A stretch of 64,000 bases of DNA from Octopus sinensis (taxonomy: Eukaryota): assembly GCF_006345805.1 (NCBI RefSeq), contig NC_043005.1:29202001-29266000 (forward strand), read 5' to 3'. The position numbers and the translations under genes are program-made. The notes beneath the pieces were generated by a model. It had not been told where the DNA came from, made no database searches, and saw only the letters and a program-made list of their open reading frames with translations. Positions 1 through 11,298 of this stretch are shown here, piece by piece. Each line of letters starts with the position of its first letter. The stretch's first letter is position 1.

Positions 1-233
1 ATATATGTATAAATACTCATATTGGAGTATGCCAACAGATCATAATGTAATCCTTGTATTGTCCTTTTTCATGCCCAGATGATTTTCCACCCAAGGTATT
101 TTGAAATGCCAGCTAAAATATTTATACATGTTTTGTAGTTTGAATTGGATGCGAAATGAAACAATTGTAGGTGAAGATGTTAATTAATTAATAAATTAAT
201 TTGTATCCATTAGATATCTCCGTTTTCAAAATT

Positions 234-277
<44 letters not shown>

Positions 278-278
278 G

Positions 279-552
279 AGGTTATTTTATTTTAATTCTC
301 TCGTAGGAAGGCCTAGCATTCCAGACGTGTTCTGTCTTGCCTTCGAAACACGCTATGTCTGCTAGCGACAGCTGATGAAGGGGATTTTTCCTTGTGCAGC
401 ATGTCCTGTACTTCGTTTTTCTGCTGTACATAATTGTTTTTCCCGTTTTCGTCTCGTCTTGTTCCACGTCTCTGTCCTTCTGTTGTAACAAAATGGCTTT
501 TCCGTTTTCGTTTCTGTTGATTTTTACGTCTTCTTGTGGTGTCCTGTACGTA
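279..552. mobile_element. Unclassified interspersed repeat between (TA)n tracts, possibly a Penelope-like terminal fragment
   Basis: Non-coding pyrimidine-rich block bounded by (TA)n on both sides and next to a Penelope-like end; no ORF homology. Confidence 0.3.
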
Positions 553-664
553 TATATATATATAATATGCATGGTATATAACAGTAGATGTCGGTACGTA
601 CATATATGTTTGTATGTATGCATATATTTTATTTATTACACTATATATATATATATAATATATA

Positions 665-694
<30 letters not shown>

Positions 695-695
<1 letters not shown>

Positions 696-900
696 ACGGG
701 AAGCTTTATGAAAATAAACAAAAGACGAAGGCAGGTGGAATACAAACAAACAATTGTATTAGTATGGCGCTCAGGAATATAAATAAATCAAGTCTTTTAC
801 GTTTCGAGCTACGCTCTTCAACAGAAAGATACACAGAAAAGAAACACAGAAAGAAACAAGGACAGAAAAAAAATGCGTGCAGAGGCTAGCGAATCAACGT
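695..900 (-). mobile_element. Penelope-like element terminal relic with minimal hammerhead motif
   Basis: Minus strand reads TCTTT-CTGTTGA-A-GAGC-GTA-GCTC-GAAAC-GT-A-AAAGA, then TTCCTGAGCG..TAATAC and (TA)n; homologous to 52330-52530. Confidence 0.6.
793..829 (-). ncRNA. Minimal type I hammerhead ribozyme motif (core variant CUGUUGA, probably impaired)
   Basis: Stem I TCTTT/AAAGA, stem II GAGC/GCTC, GAAAC-GU minimal stem III, GUA cleavage triplet. Confidence 0.55.
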
Positions 901-930
901 ACACTTACACACAAGCACTCTATCTCTCCT

Positions 931-985
<55 letters not shown>

Positions 986-1299
986 GCCTCTCTCTCTCTC
1001 TCTCTCTGCCCCTCTTTCTTCTACCACTTCTCTCACTGTACCTCTGACTGTATCTATAGAGAGAAAGCGTTGACCGCCGCAAAAGTTTAAATATTCCCGC
1101 CACAGGTCTTTTAGAACGGTGAATTGTTATCGCCCATCACCACCGCACAATCATAACAAATATTATTAATCAGATATATTGTGTTAATTTATATATATAT
1201 GTGTGTATATAAATATATATATAATGTGTATACACATATATATATGTATGTGTGTGTGTGTGTGTGTGTGCGTGTGTGTGTGTGTATAATCAATCAATA

Positions 1300-1988
1300 T
1301 CTATAAAGCTGAAATGCGAAAAAGTTTTTTGATTTCTTGGTTATTTGTCTCATTTTGGGATGGGAACGGTTTAAGTGGCTGTAGATGGGTTCGGATTGGC
1401 GCCAAAATTTACACTGGGGGGGGGGGGGGATAAAATGGGGTGGGCAATGGTGTGAGGAGGGTTGCAACTCGTCGGGGCTACCGTTTGGTTGCCATGGTGA
1501 GGAATATGGGAAAAATTGAGTTTTATGGGATAGACAGATTGCGCTGTCTGAATAATGTTGCTGCAGGGGCTAGAGGCGGTTATCTTTAATCTAATCTATA
1601 AAATGAAGGCGGACGTTGATACAAATAGGATTTTTATGTAAAAAGGGGTCTAAATGGGGCTGGAAGGGGATTAAAATTTACAGGAGGGGGTAATTTGAGG
1701 TGAGAAATTGATTGTGAGACGTTTTGGGGGGCGCTACAGTGGTTGCTTTGCTGTGAAAAACGGGGATTTTATTGATTTTTGGGGAGACTTGGTGGTTTAG
1801 ATTGGACACCTTTTGCTCGATTTCAATCAAATTTTCAACTTGGTAAAGTGGAAGCGGATTTGTAATTTAAGTGCGGAAAATGGGTTCGAAATTTTGAAAA
1901 TTAAGGCAAGATTTAAGAAACAGAAAGGAAGCAACAGAAAGTAACAACCACACCCTCACCCGCGCGTAGAGCCGGTCACCTTAAGCTA

Positions 1989-1989
<1 letters not shown>
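1300..1989 (+). mobile_element. Non-autonomous Helitron-like element (possibly two tandem units)
   Basis: Starts A|TCTATAAAG; second TCTATAAAA start at 1595; ends with a GC-rich imperfect hairpin then CTAG|T at 1986-1990. Confidence 0.45.
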
Positions 1990-2024
<35 letters not shown>

Positions 2025-2626
2025 CGAAGTGTACAGTATCATATATCCATTACGGCCGATCTTACCAATTAGTTTCGTACTAGGGGTTCAACGGAATGTT
2101 GGGTAACAGTCCGATTATGTAACCCTGCGCTCTTCAGAGGTAGCCGTTATAGAATAAAATATGGCGACTGCTCTCTATTGTGGGCGATGGATAGACACAT
2201 CCGGTTTGTGGGTGCTGTGAAAAAGATGATGAAACGAATCGGGCGAGTGACTGAGTTCAGAATTATGTCACTTGGTACCAAAACATCGTCTCTTTGTTGC
2301 AAGTCGGCGAGAGTTTTCTGGGAAAGAGTTCGTGGGAAATGTGTGTGTCTTTAAGGTTGGTGTTCTTGTGGAAATGGAATGTGTGTAGTGGTGCCATATG
2401 TATAGCCTTTGTGATGGCGCAGGTGGTGGGTGGGCATATACATCTGTGTTCGTTTGTTTGTTTCCTTCTTTTATGCTTTGGTTAAAATTTCCCATAAACC
2501 TTACATACAAATACTCTCTCTTACATGATTTAAGTGTGTCTGTGTATGTATGCGCATGCTTATGGGTATATTTAGAAGGAAAGAGATACATACATTCGCC
2601 CCACATAGTATATATATGTCTATATA

Positions 2627-2675
<49 letters not shown>

Positions 2676-2706
2676 TATGTGTATGTGTATTTCTGTGTAT
2701 GTGTAT

Positions 2707-2753
<47 letters not shown>

Positions 2754-3139
2754 CGCACATATGTTTATCCGTCCCCATCAGTGTGTATGTATGTACGTAT
2801 GTATATGTTTGCATGTGTATATAAATATGTATGTATAGGTATGTGTTTATGTGTGTGTGTATGTATATATGCACACTCACACACAGACATATATATATAT
2901 ATTCACACGCATACGTACATATGTGTGTCCGTCCCCATCAGTGTGTACGTATATATGTGTGTGTGTGCGTATATAAATATGTATGTTTATGTATGTGTGT
3001 GCGTGTGTATGTGTGTGTGTGTGTATGTGTGTGTGTATGTGTGTGTGTGTGTGCGATTGTGATGTTCCTCACACATAACTCAGTGCAACCATTGATGCTG
3101 TATAAGTACAGTTTCCTCTGTTTCTTAAGACAAGCAGTC

Positions 3140-3690
3140 AGTCTTGACGACAACAGCTACAACAACAACAGACCACTTGACAACCGCCGATACCACCGTC
3201 TCCACCACCACCACCACCACCACAACCACCACCACTTCCACCACCTCCACCACAACCACCACCACCGCCGCCACTACCAACACCACCACCACCACATCCA
3301 TCACCACTACCACCACTCTCATTACTCCCACCACCACCACCACCACCACCACCACCACCACCACCACCACCATCAATGCCATCGTGAATACTACTACTAG
3401 TGTCATCAACACAACAACGTAATCGTCATCATCATCATCATCATCATCACCATCATAACAATCACCATCACTGTCGCTACCAACATCCTTCTCTTCTACC
3501 TCCTCTCTCTCCCTTCCTCCCTTCCTCCCCACAACCCTCTCCTCCCTCACAACCCCCTCCCCACAACCTCTCCTCCCCCACAACCCCCTCCATCACCTCC
3601 TCCTCATCCTCCTCATCTTAATGCCGACACGGCTACAACCCCCATAACCCCTCCCACCCCCCACCACCACCACAACCACCATCATGTCTT
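3140..3690. repeat. (CAC/CAA/CAT)n trinucleotide mosaic and C-rich low-complexity tract
   Basis: Directly visible; explains the poly-Thr, poly-His and poly-Val ORFs. Confidence 0.9.
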
Positions 3691-3953
3691 ATTACACCGA
3701 ACACTACCGAGTTTCTTCTGCACGAACAGAATCTCATTCTGTTTTGAGTCTGTGATGGTTGACACCTCTCACTTGCAGTGCCTTTCTATCCTGTCATTAA
3801 AACCTCTTTGTATTCTCCTCTAACAGACCAAACTATAATTTAATCCAAATACGCAGTCTTTAATAATAATAATAATAATAATTGTGAGAGCTGATTGTGG
3901 TTAAAGGAATATGAGACAAGTGAATCTAATGACTCAGCCTTTAGTGATACGAC

Positions 3954-3999
<46 letters not shown>

Positions 4000-4019
4000 T
4001 AATAATAATAATAATAATA

Positions 4020-4365
4020 CTCTAAAAGAAATGGAGAAACTCTCAAAATACAAAGACCTGGAAATAGAGGTAATTAGAATGTGGAATCTGAAAACAGAAA
4101 CAATTCCTATCATAGTAGGTGCATTAGGCATGATAAAAAAATATTCAGACAAATACATAACAAAAACACCAGGACTTACAAACACATATAACATACAGAA
4201 AATTGCACTACTAGGCACTGCACACATCCTACGCAGAACACTTTCCATACAATAACCATCAGAGCATCACAACAAATCACAGCACATACCCAAGGCACAC
4301 AGAGCTGTGCTCGGTAGTGAAGTGAAAGCACGCTATAAAAATAAAACTGCTGAATAATAATAATA
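4020..4365 (+). mobile_element. 5'-truncated R4/Dong-like non-LTR retrotransposon 3' end (RLE C-terminus plus 3' UTR) in (TAA)n
   Basis: ORF 4031-4255 EKLSKYKDLEIEVIRMWNLKTETIPIIVGALG...ALLGTAHILRRTL is typical of the RLE C-terminus; (TAA)n on both sides. Confidence 0.85.
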
Positions 4366-4378
4366 ATAATAATAATAA

Positions 4379-4462
4379 ATCAGCACTTACCCAAGACACA
4401 CAAAGCTGCGCTCGGTAGTGCAGTGAAAGCACGTGATAAAAATAAGACTACTGAATAATAAT
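4379..4462 (+). mobile_element. Second very short 3'-end copy of the same R4/Dong-like element
   Basis: CAGCAC..ACCCAAG.CACACA.AGCTG.GCTCGGTAGTG.AGTGAAAGCACG...CTGAATAATAA repeats 4279-4362. Confidence 0.8.
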
Positions 4463-4466
4463 GATA

Positions 4467-4842
4467 AGAAGAGCACTCAGAGAGCGCAAACCTACGCCAA
4501 GGTAACATCAGCGTCCTCTCAACGATTAGCTGGAGATGATTTTTAAAATGAGAATATCTGAAATAAACTCGACTGCTCTCACAAACGAGAATACTAAAAA
4601 TGAGCCCGACTTCTCTCAAAAATTAAGTAAAAAAAATAGGAAAAATAATCCAGAATCCTTGTCTGGTACCGGACTGATCCCAAAGTCTAATCAGTTTGTA
4701 CCAGACACGAGGCCAACCATCTCCGAAAATTTCACTCGAATCCATCGAGCAGTTCTTGAGATAACTTGTGCACAGACAAAGAAACAAATAAACAAACGTG
4801 ACTGAAATAATTCCTCTACTTTCGCTAAGGTGGAAGTAATAA
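4467..4842 (-). mobile_element. Helentron-associated (HINE/DINE-1-like) non-autonomous element
   Basis: Reverse complement starts TTATTACTTCCACCTTAG and ends CTTGGCGTAGGTTTGCGCTCTCTGAGTGCTC (sub-terminal IR plus 3' hairpin); homologous to 31907-32286. Confidence 0.6.
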
Positions 4843-4868
4843 TAATGATAATCTTTTTTTCTTTTTTT

Positions 4869-5033
4869 TACTCTTTTATTTGTTTCAGTCAGTTGACTGC
4901 GGCCATGCTGGAGCACTGCCTTTAGTCAAGCAAATCGACCCCGGGACTTATTCTTTGTAAGCCCAGTACTTATTCTATCGGTCTCTTTCTATCGGTTGTC
5001 AAGCAATGCTAGGGAGACAAACACAGACACGCA

Positions 5034-5078
<45 letters not shown>

Positions 5079-5243
5079 ACGACGGGCTTCTTTCAGTTTC
5101 CGTCTCCCAAATTCACTCACAAGGCTTTGGTCGGCCCGAGGCTATAGTAGAAGACACTTGCCCAAGGTGCCACGCAATGGGACTGAACCCGGAACCATAT
5201 GATTGGTAAGCAAGCTACTTACCACACAGCCACTCCTGCGCCT
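4869..5243 (-). mobile_element. tRNA-derived SINE, family A (internal deletion)
   Basis: Head AGGCGCAGGAGTGGCTGTGTGGT (box A)...GGTTCAGTCCC (box B), CCTTGGGCAAGT core-like motif, internal (TA)n, GACTGAAACAA tail. Confidence 0.85.
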
Positions 5244-5392
5244 TGATAAAAACAATTTGTAAATGAACAATTTGGTGCGTTTATTTTAATAGTCTCTCAG
5301 TGTATAACAGTGAGTTTCTTCGACCTAGGTGTCGGGGAGACACTCGGTAAGAAACAGAAACAAAATTGAAAGAAAAAGAAAATAACTGTCCT

Positions 5393-5530
5393 TTCTATTA
5401 TCGGCGCAAAGCCTGAAGTTTTAGGAGAGTGAGGTTGTCAATTACATCGACCTCAGTGTTCAACTGGTACTTATTTTATCGACCCAGGAAGAATGAAAGG
5501 CAAAAGTCAACATCGGCGGAATTTGTACCA
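5393..5530 (-). mobile_element. SINE family B fragment
   Basis: ATCGACCTCAGTGTTCAACTGGTACTTATTTTATCGACCC...GGCGGAATTTG matches the other B copies. Confidence 0.75.
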
Positions 5531-5533
5531 TCT

Positions 5534-5574
<41 letters not shown>

Positions 5575-5575
<1 letters not shown>

Positions 5576-6675
5576 AGGACAAAGCGCCATGGTGGGAACG
5601 AAGGTTTGAGAACCAAATTGAAGAGCTCAAGAGAGATCTTGGACGGATAGATGAAATCGTAGAAAAGAAGAAGGTGGGGGAAAGACACAGGAACGAACTA
5701 CAAGAGAAACAGAACATAAGATAGAAAGGACTGCAAGCAGTTAAAGGAGAGCTAAAATAAAAAAAAAAAACGAAAGCAGTCTCGAGTAAAAAACAAAAAA
5801 ACAAAAACAAAAACAAAATAAAATATACCATCAGAGGACGAATCAGTACCAGCGGAAGAGACTCTTCAAGAACAACGAAAGAAAATTCTATAAACAATTG
5901 AACATAGAAAAAAGAACATTAGGGGAATGATATGCCAGATGCTGAAGCAACAAGAAAATTCTGGACAGAAATCTGAAGCAAAGAAGTCTAACATAATATA
6001 GAAGCAGAATGGTTACGGGAATTTAAAAGAGAAATCGAAGCTGGAGGAACACAAGAAGATATGACAATCACGGATAAGAAAGTAAAAAACAGCAACAAAA
6101 ATGATCAAGAAAATACCAGACAGGAAAGCCCCAAGTCTGATTGGTTTCCAGGGTTTCTGGCTCAAAAGTCTCCTAAATATAAGTAGCGCTTTTTATTGAC
6201 TGCATAGAAAATGGAACATCACCATGGATGACAAAAGGAAGGACATCGCTGATACAAAAGGACAAAGGAAAAGAGAGAGGAAGTCAGCAATCGTAGATCT
6301 ATTATTTGCTTACCATTACCCTGGAAACTGTTAACTGGTCTCAAAGCAGATGAAGCGTATAATTTTCTGGAAAAGGTGAACTTACTGCCAGAAGAGCAAG
6401 AAGAATGTAGGAAGAAATCAAAAAGAACTGCTGATCTGCTTGCTATGTATAAACAGCAGAATATTAAAAGAGGTATGAGTAAGGAAGAAGAAAAATTAAA
6501 CTGTTGGATGGATAAATTACAGGAAGGCCTATGTCCCTAATGCCCCACACGAATGGCTCTTGGAATGCCTGAGGACGCTGGGAATTGATAAGAAGATAAA
6601 TAACTTTTTGGAGAAAGCAATGAAAATATGGAAAGTAGAACTGACATGTGGAAATGAATCGTTAAGCAGGGCCAT
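5575..6675 (+). mobile_element. Decayed R4/Dong-like ORF: pre-RT region and N-terminal RT
   Basis: Translates with stops/frameshifts to APWWERRFENQIEELKRDLGRI, FYKQL...PDAEATRKFW, CLPLPWKLLTGL, LLPEEQEECRKKSK and WLLECLRTLGIDKKINNFLEKAMKIWKVEL. Confidence 0.85.
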
Positions 6676-6892
6676 AGCGCTCTCTTCATTAAATTTTCAT
6701 TTGAGGTTACAGAACAAAAGAAAAAAAAAAAAGAAAAAAAAACAAATGAAAAAAGAGACATGATAAAACGTTTACAAATTATGAAGAGGCGAAAGCGTTA
6801 TGCAAAATATGGAAGATGCATTGCGAAATTTAGTTCCACACACACACACGCACGCACTCACACGCACATAGACATATGCATAATACAATACA

Positions 6893-6943
<51 letters not shown>

Positions 6944-7179
6944 CAAGCATACATATACAATACATATGCATATATGCGTGTACACACACACAAATACACA
7001 TACATACACGCACATACACTTGCATACACAATCACATTTTCATGCCTACATGTAAACATGCACATACTTCATACTTATTTATACGGAAATAAACTAAGAG
7101 TGTACAATAAAGCACAATTGAAACAATATAATTTCAAGAAATAAAACATAAAAGAATTCTGGTTAAGTTGAATCAGGGC

Positions 7180-8030
7180 ACTCCATGACCTCCTTCCTTT
7201 AACTATTTTTCAAATTGTGTTTGAGTGCAACCGAATGCACCACTAAACATTTTTTAGACATTAAGCTTTGAAAACCATCAACATCTTGAGGTTATTTTTC
7301 TTTTATGTTTGGTATAATGTCTTAATTTTAATTTTACTTCTAATTTATCTTTTGCATGTTATTTATGTTCTGAATCTAATTGTTTTTGAGCTATTCTAAC
7401 TTCTGAGAGCCCAAGGCCCTTGAGATGTGTAATTTTGACTATTAATTGTTTGATTTTCTAAGGACGGTAAATCTTTGGTCAGTCTCGTCCAATGCATTTT
7501 CGTTATTTTCCTTAGGAGGGATTTCGTTATCATTTAGAAGAAATTGTTTCCCCTCCTCTGTTTCCTTCGTTTTGCGCCCCGTCTTCCATTTCTGTGACGT
7601 TTTCTCTTTTTTCTCTGTTTTTCAGACAGCGTTTGGAAAAGTTTCATCTGTAATTATTATTTCTTCCTCATCCCACAATGAAGATGCAGTACTACTTGGT
7701 TGGTACTTTTAGCAGACAATGTATTTTCTCATCTATTTGTGATTCTGGGCCTAATGATATTTTCTTTGCTATTCACAGAGTTTTTGCCAATGGTGATCTG
7801 GAAAACGAGATCTTTTGTTCTTTTGTGGTTGACTTTCATTCTGTCGTTTTCTTCGTTCTTCTAAGCATTCAGCTCTTAGGTATGTTTTGATACATTAAAT
7901 GCAACAACTAGGCTTTCTGCCCCGTATCCTTAATCTTATGCCATTTTTTCTAGGCGCCTTGTAAAAGGCACAGTTCCAGTATGGCTCTATGGTCATTAGG
8001 ATTTGAAAGTCCATTTAAAGACCCCGGACC
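7180..8030 (-). mobile_element. Heavily decayed LINE-like fragment (unassigned)
   Basis: Purine-rich minus strand with K/E/R-rich interrupted frames; only a weak GGHGV resemblance to an APE motif. Confidence 0.25.
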
Positions 8031-8039
8031 ACAGGTTCC

Positions 8040-8160
8040 AATTATGCCTGTTTTGACAAATCTTTCACACTTATTAGTCCCCTTCCTCCATTTGCTCTCT
8101 TCGTGTATAAGCGATCAGTGCCTGCACGTGGACGATGGGCTCCATACATTGTAAGGAGTT
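8040..8160 (-). mobile_element. R4/Dong-like post-RT (thumb) fragment, inverted relative to its neighbours
   Basis: Minus strand translates LLTMYGAHRPRAGTDRLYTKRANGGRGLISVKD. Confidence 0.8.
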
Positions 8161-8400
8161 TCTTGTCTTCCTATTTCTTTACTGCCCACAAGGGGCTACA
8201 CAGAGAGGACAAACAAGGACAGACAAACGGTTTAAGTCGATTATATCGACCCCAGTGCGTAACTGGTACTTAATTTATCGATCCCGAAAGGATGAAAGGC
8301 AAAGTCGATCTCGGCGGAATTTGAACTCAGAACGTAGTGGCAGGCGAAATGCTGCTAAGCATTTCGCTCGGAGTGCTAACGATTCTGCCAGCTCGGCGCC
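8160..8400 (-). mobile_element. tRNA-derived SINE, family B (near full length)
   Basis: Head GGCGCCGAGCTGGCAGAATCGTTAGCAC, GAGTTCAAATTCCGCCGAG (box B-like), tail CCCCTTGTGGGCAGTAAAGAAATAG. Confidence 0.85.
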
Positions 8401-8419
8401 TTGTTTCTTGTCTTCCTGC

Positions 8420-9058
8420 CCAACACCTTTAGCTCCACTGTGCCGCATCTGTAATAAAGTGGACGAAACCATTGCCTATATCGTGAACGATACGATGAGG
8501 CAGTGAAAGAGCTACGTTGGAAACTGTGCGAAAAGTGGGATCTAGAGAGAGGCAAAATGTTGTATGAGCACAAACAGCAGATAGCGGTGGAGTCGGAGAC
8601 TTGCAAAATCTCGTGAGAATTCCCAATCCAAACAGACCAGGTACTAGAACAGAACTGAGAAGATCTAGCGGAGGTGAACAAAATGCACCACATGTGGTAT
8701 ATAGTTGTTGTTGTGTGACCCTTTGACCCACGAATAGTCAAAAAGGAAGGCTAAAAAATAGATTTATACGAAATAGCCCGGTTATGGAAAATGAAGGTGA
8801 AGATAGTGCCAATTATTGTTGGTTCCTTGGGGCCAGTATCGGAAGGTATCAAGAGGTATATAAATGAAATCGGAATGAAGAACCCAGTAGAACTGTTACA
8901 AAAGGTTTACTTCCTCGGCACGGCCAGAATAATCAGGAAAGTATTAGAGAGCTGAAAAGACCGAATAACATGGTACTGTAGGCTGCAGGTAGAAAGCCTA
9001 CTACGCATGCAAGAGTCCAAGAGTTCCAACAAAACCCGAGTTAAAAAAGACTAATAAT
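8420..9058 (+). mobile_element. R4/Dong-like 3' end: CCHC knuckle, RLE endonuclease and 3' UTR
   Basis: PLCRICNKVDETIAYIV, WKLCEKW, FPIQTDQV, PFDPRI and IVPIIVGSLG...LGTARIIRKVLES*, followed by a TAA tail. Confidence 0.85.
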
Positions 9059-9275
9059 ATTCCTTTCTAGCACAGGATTAAGACCTCAGGTTTGGGAGAA
9101 GGTGGTTAGCTGATCGACCCTGGTGCTGGTACTTACTTTTCCGACCTCGAAAGGATGACAGGCAAGGTTGACAAATTATAATAGTATCAAGACGTAAAAG
9201 GAGACACTTTGAAAATAAACGACTTAAATCATCTTAGCCCGGCGATTGTTGATAACATTGTGGATAAAGTGAGAG

Positions 9276-9390
<115 letters not shown>

Positions 9391-9499
9391 CTTTCATATG
9401 AATAAATTATTTGAGAAAAATGTATCCTCGAAACTCTACAGGGACATCAACTGCAAATGTATAAGACTACACGACACACCAACATCAACTGGGATTCAA

Positions 9500-9925
9500 G
9501 CATTCTTGGAGAAAATATAATATTTATTAGAATCAAAGATCAGAGTGTATTAGAAGAGAAAGGGATAAAAAAAAATGGAATAACGCTGCAGCATGGTTTA
9601 GCATAACTATCGAGAAATTCAGAAACATAGAAATAAAAAGAAAATAAAAGTTACAAAACGACGAGAAAAAAACTACATTCCAGTAATGGAAAGCTTCCAG
9701 AATTGAGAAAGAGGCAAACATGTTGAAATACCTCATCAGTATTCATGAATCTGTGACAGAAATAATTCAACGAATTAACAAATAGACCAGAGTTAACACC
9801 TGAATGGTTGCTACAGAAGAAAACAATATTGATTCTTTGCAAAACAAGAAAATCAGAGATTCCTCAACACCACAGAACAATAACTTGTCTGTCCAACAAC
9901 ATCATACATCATCAAAAAGTTGCAA
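9500..9925 (+). mobile_element. R4/Dong-like RT N-terminal fragment (second lineage)
   Basis: SNGK(A)P.IEK, PELTPEWLLQKKTIL and HRTITCLSN motifs across frameshifts. Confidence 0.7.
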
Positions 9926-9931
9926 GAAACG

Positions 9932-10136
9932 AGGAAGCGAGCTGGCAGAATCGTTAGCACGCCGGGAAAAATGCCTTGTGGCATTTCGTCCGTCTTTACA
10001 TTCTGAGTTCAAATTCAGCTGAGGTTGAGTTTATCTTTTAGGGGATCGATAAAATAAGTATCAACTGAGCACTGGCGTCGATGGAATCGACTTAATCTCT
10101 GCCCTGAAATTTCTGGCCTTGTACCAAAATTTGGAA
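9932..10136 (+). mobile_element. SINE family B
   Basis: GCGAGCTGGCAGAATCGTTAGCACGCCGG head through GGCCTTGTACC tail. Confidence 0.8.
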
Positions 10137-10574
10137 CCAAGATTCTACAAGAAACAGGCAACGTCTGCTTCATTTCACCAGAGAAAGAAAGGAAGTGTTG
10201 GAAAGAGATGTATAAGTATAAAGAGCTGCTGCTGCTGCTGGGAAAGTACGAAATTATTGAAGATGGCACGAAGAACCTTAGAACAGGATTGATTACTGGA
10301 AAATGTTTGAGAGTAAACCATACTCTTGGATATCAGAAACATCCCATGTAAATAAAGCTGCTACAATTCTAAAACAGTATATCCATCATGCCATGTGATG
10401 ATAAGAAAATAAGTTTATCATTTCAAGAGAAAAAGAAAAAGACCCAAACCCATGGGGCCAGAAGAAGAAGTATCTTCCAAAGAGACTCATTATTTCCTCC
10501 ATTCTTCTCTTTGACTTCATGAACTCATTTGATGAATGAAATGAATGTTTTAGCCAAATTTTATAGATAAACTA

Positions 10575-10829
10575 TTCTTTTACTTGTTTCAGTCATTTGA
10601 CTGCGGTCATGCTGGATCACCGCCTTTCGTCGAGCAAATCGACCCCAGGACTTATTCCTTGTAAGCCTGGTATTTATTCTATCGGCCGCTTTTGCCGAAC
10701 CGCAAAGTTACAGGAATGCAAGAACACCAACATCGCTGTCAAGCGAAGGTGTGGGGACAAACACAGACACACAAATACATATATACATATACATACATAC
10801 ATATATATGTATATATATATATACATACA

Positions 10830-10889
<60 letters not shown>

Positions 10890-11047
10890 CATACATACAC
10901 ACGACGGGCTTCTTTCAGTTTCCGCCTACCAAATCTACTCGCGTGGCTATAGTAGAAGACTCTTGCCCAAGGTGCCACGCAGTGGGACTGAATCCGGACC
11001 CGTGAGGTTGGAAAGCAAGCTTTTGCCACACAGCCACGCCTGCGCCT
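10575..11047 (-). mobile_element. SINE family A
   Basis: Same head, core and tail motifs as 4869-5243. Confidence 0.85.
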
Positions 11048-11053
11048 AAACAA

Positions 11054-11265
11054 TCTCTTTTACTCTCTTTTACTTGTTTCAGTCATTTGACTGCGGCCAT
11101 GCTGGAGCACCGCCTTTAGTCGAGCAAATCGACCACGGGAATTATTCTTTGTAAGCCCAGTACTTATTCTATCGATCTCTTTTGCCGAACCGCTAAGTGA
11201 CAGGGACGTAAACACACCAGCATCGGTTGTCAAGCAATGCTAGGGGGACAAACACAGACACACAA

Positions 11266-11298
<33 letters not shown>

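Noticed and set aside
340-384. Possible type II hammerhead (CTTC-GAAACA-cgcta-TGTC...CTGATGA-AGGGG)
   Set aside because: Stem I does not pair at the cleavage site unless a base is deleted, and stem II needs two G-U pairs; too weak.
2100-2400. PVCGCCEKDDET, resembling a LINE zinc finger
   Set aside because: Single short motif with no supporting flanking homology.
2268-3621. Long ORFs rich in YI/CV/HT, poly-Thr or poly-His (mucin- or His-rich-like)
   Set aside because: They are stop-free readings of (TA)n, (CA)n and (CAC)n repeats, with no splice context or domain signal.
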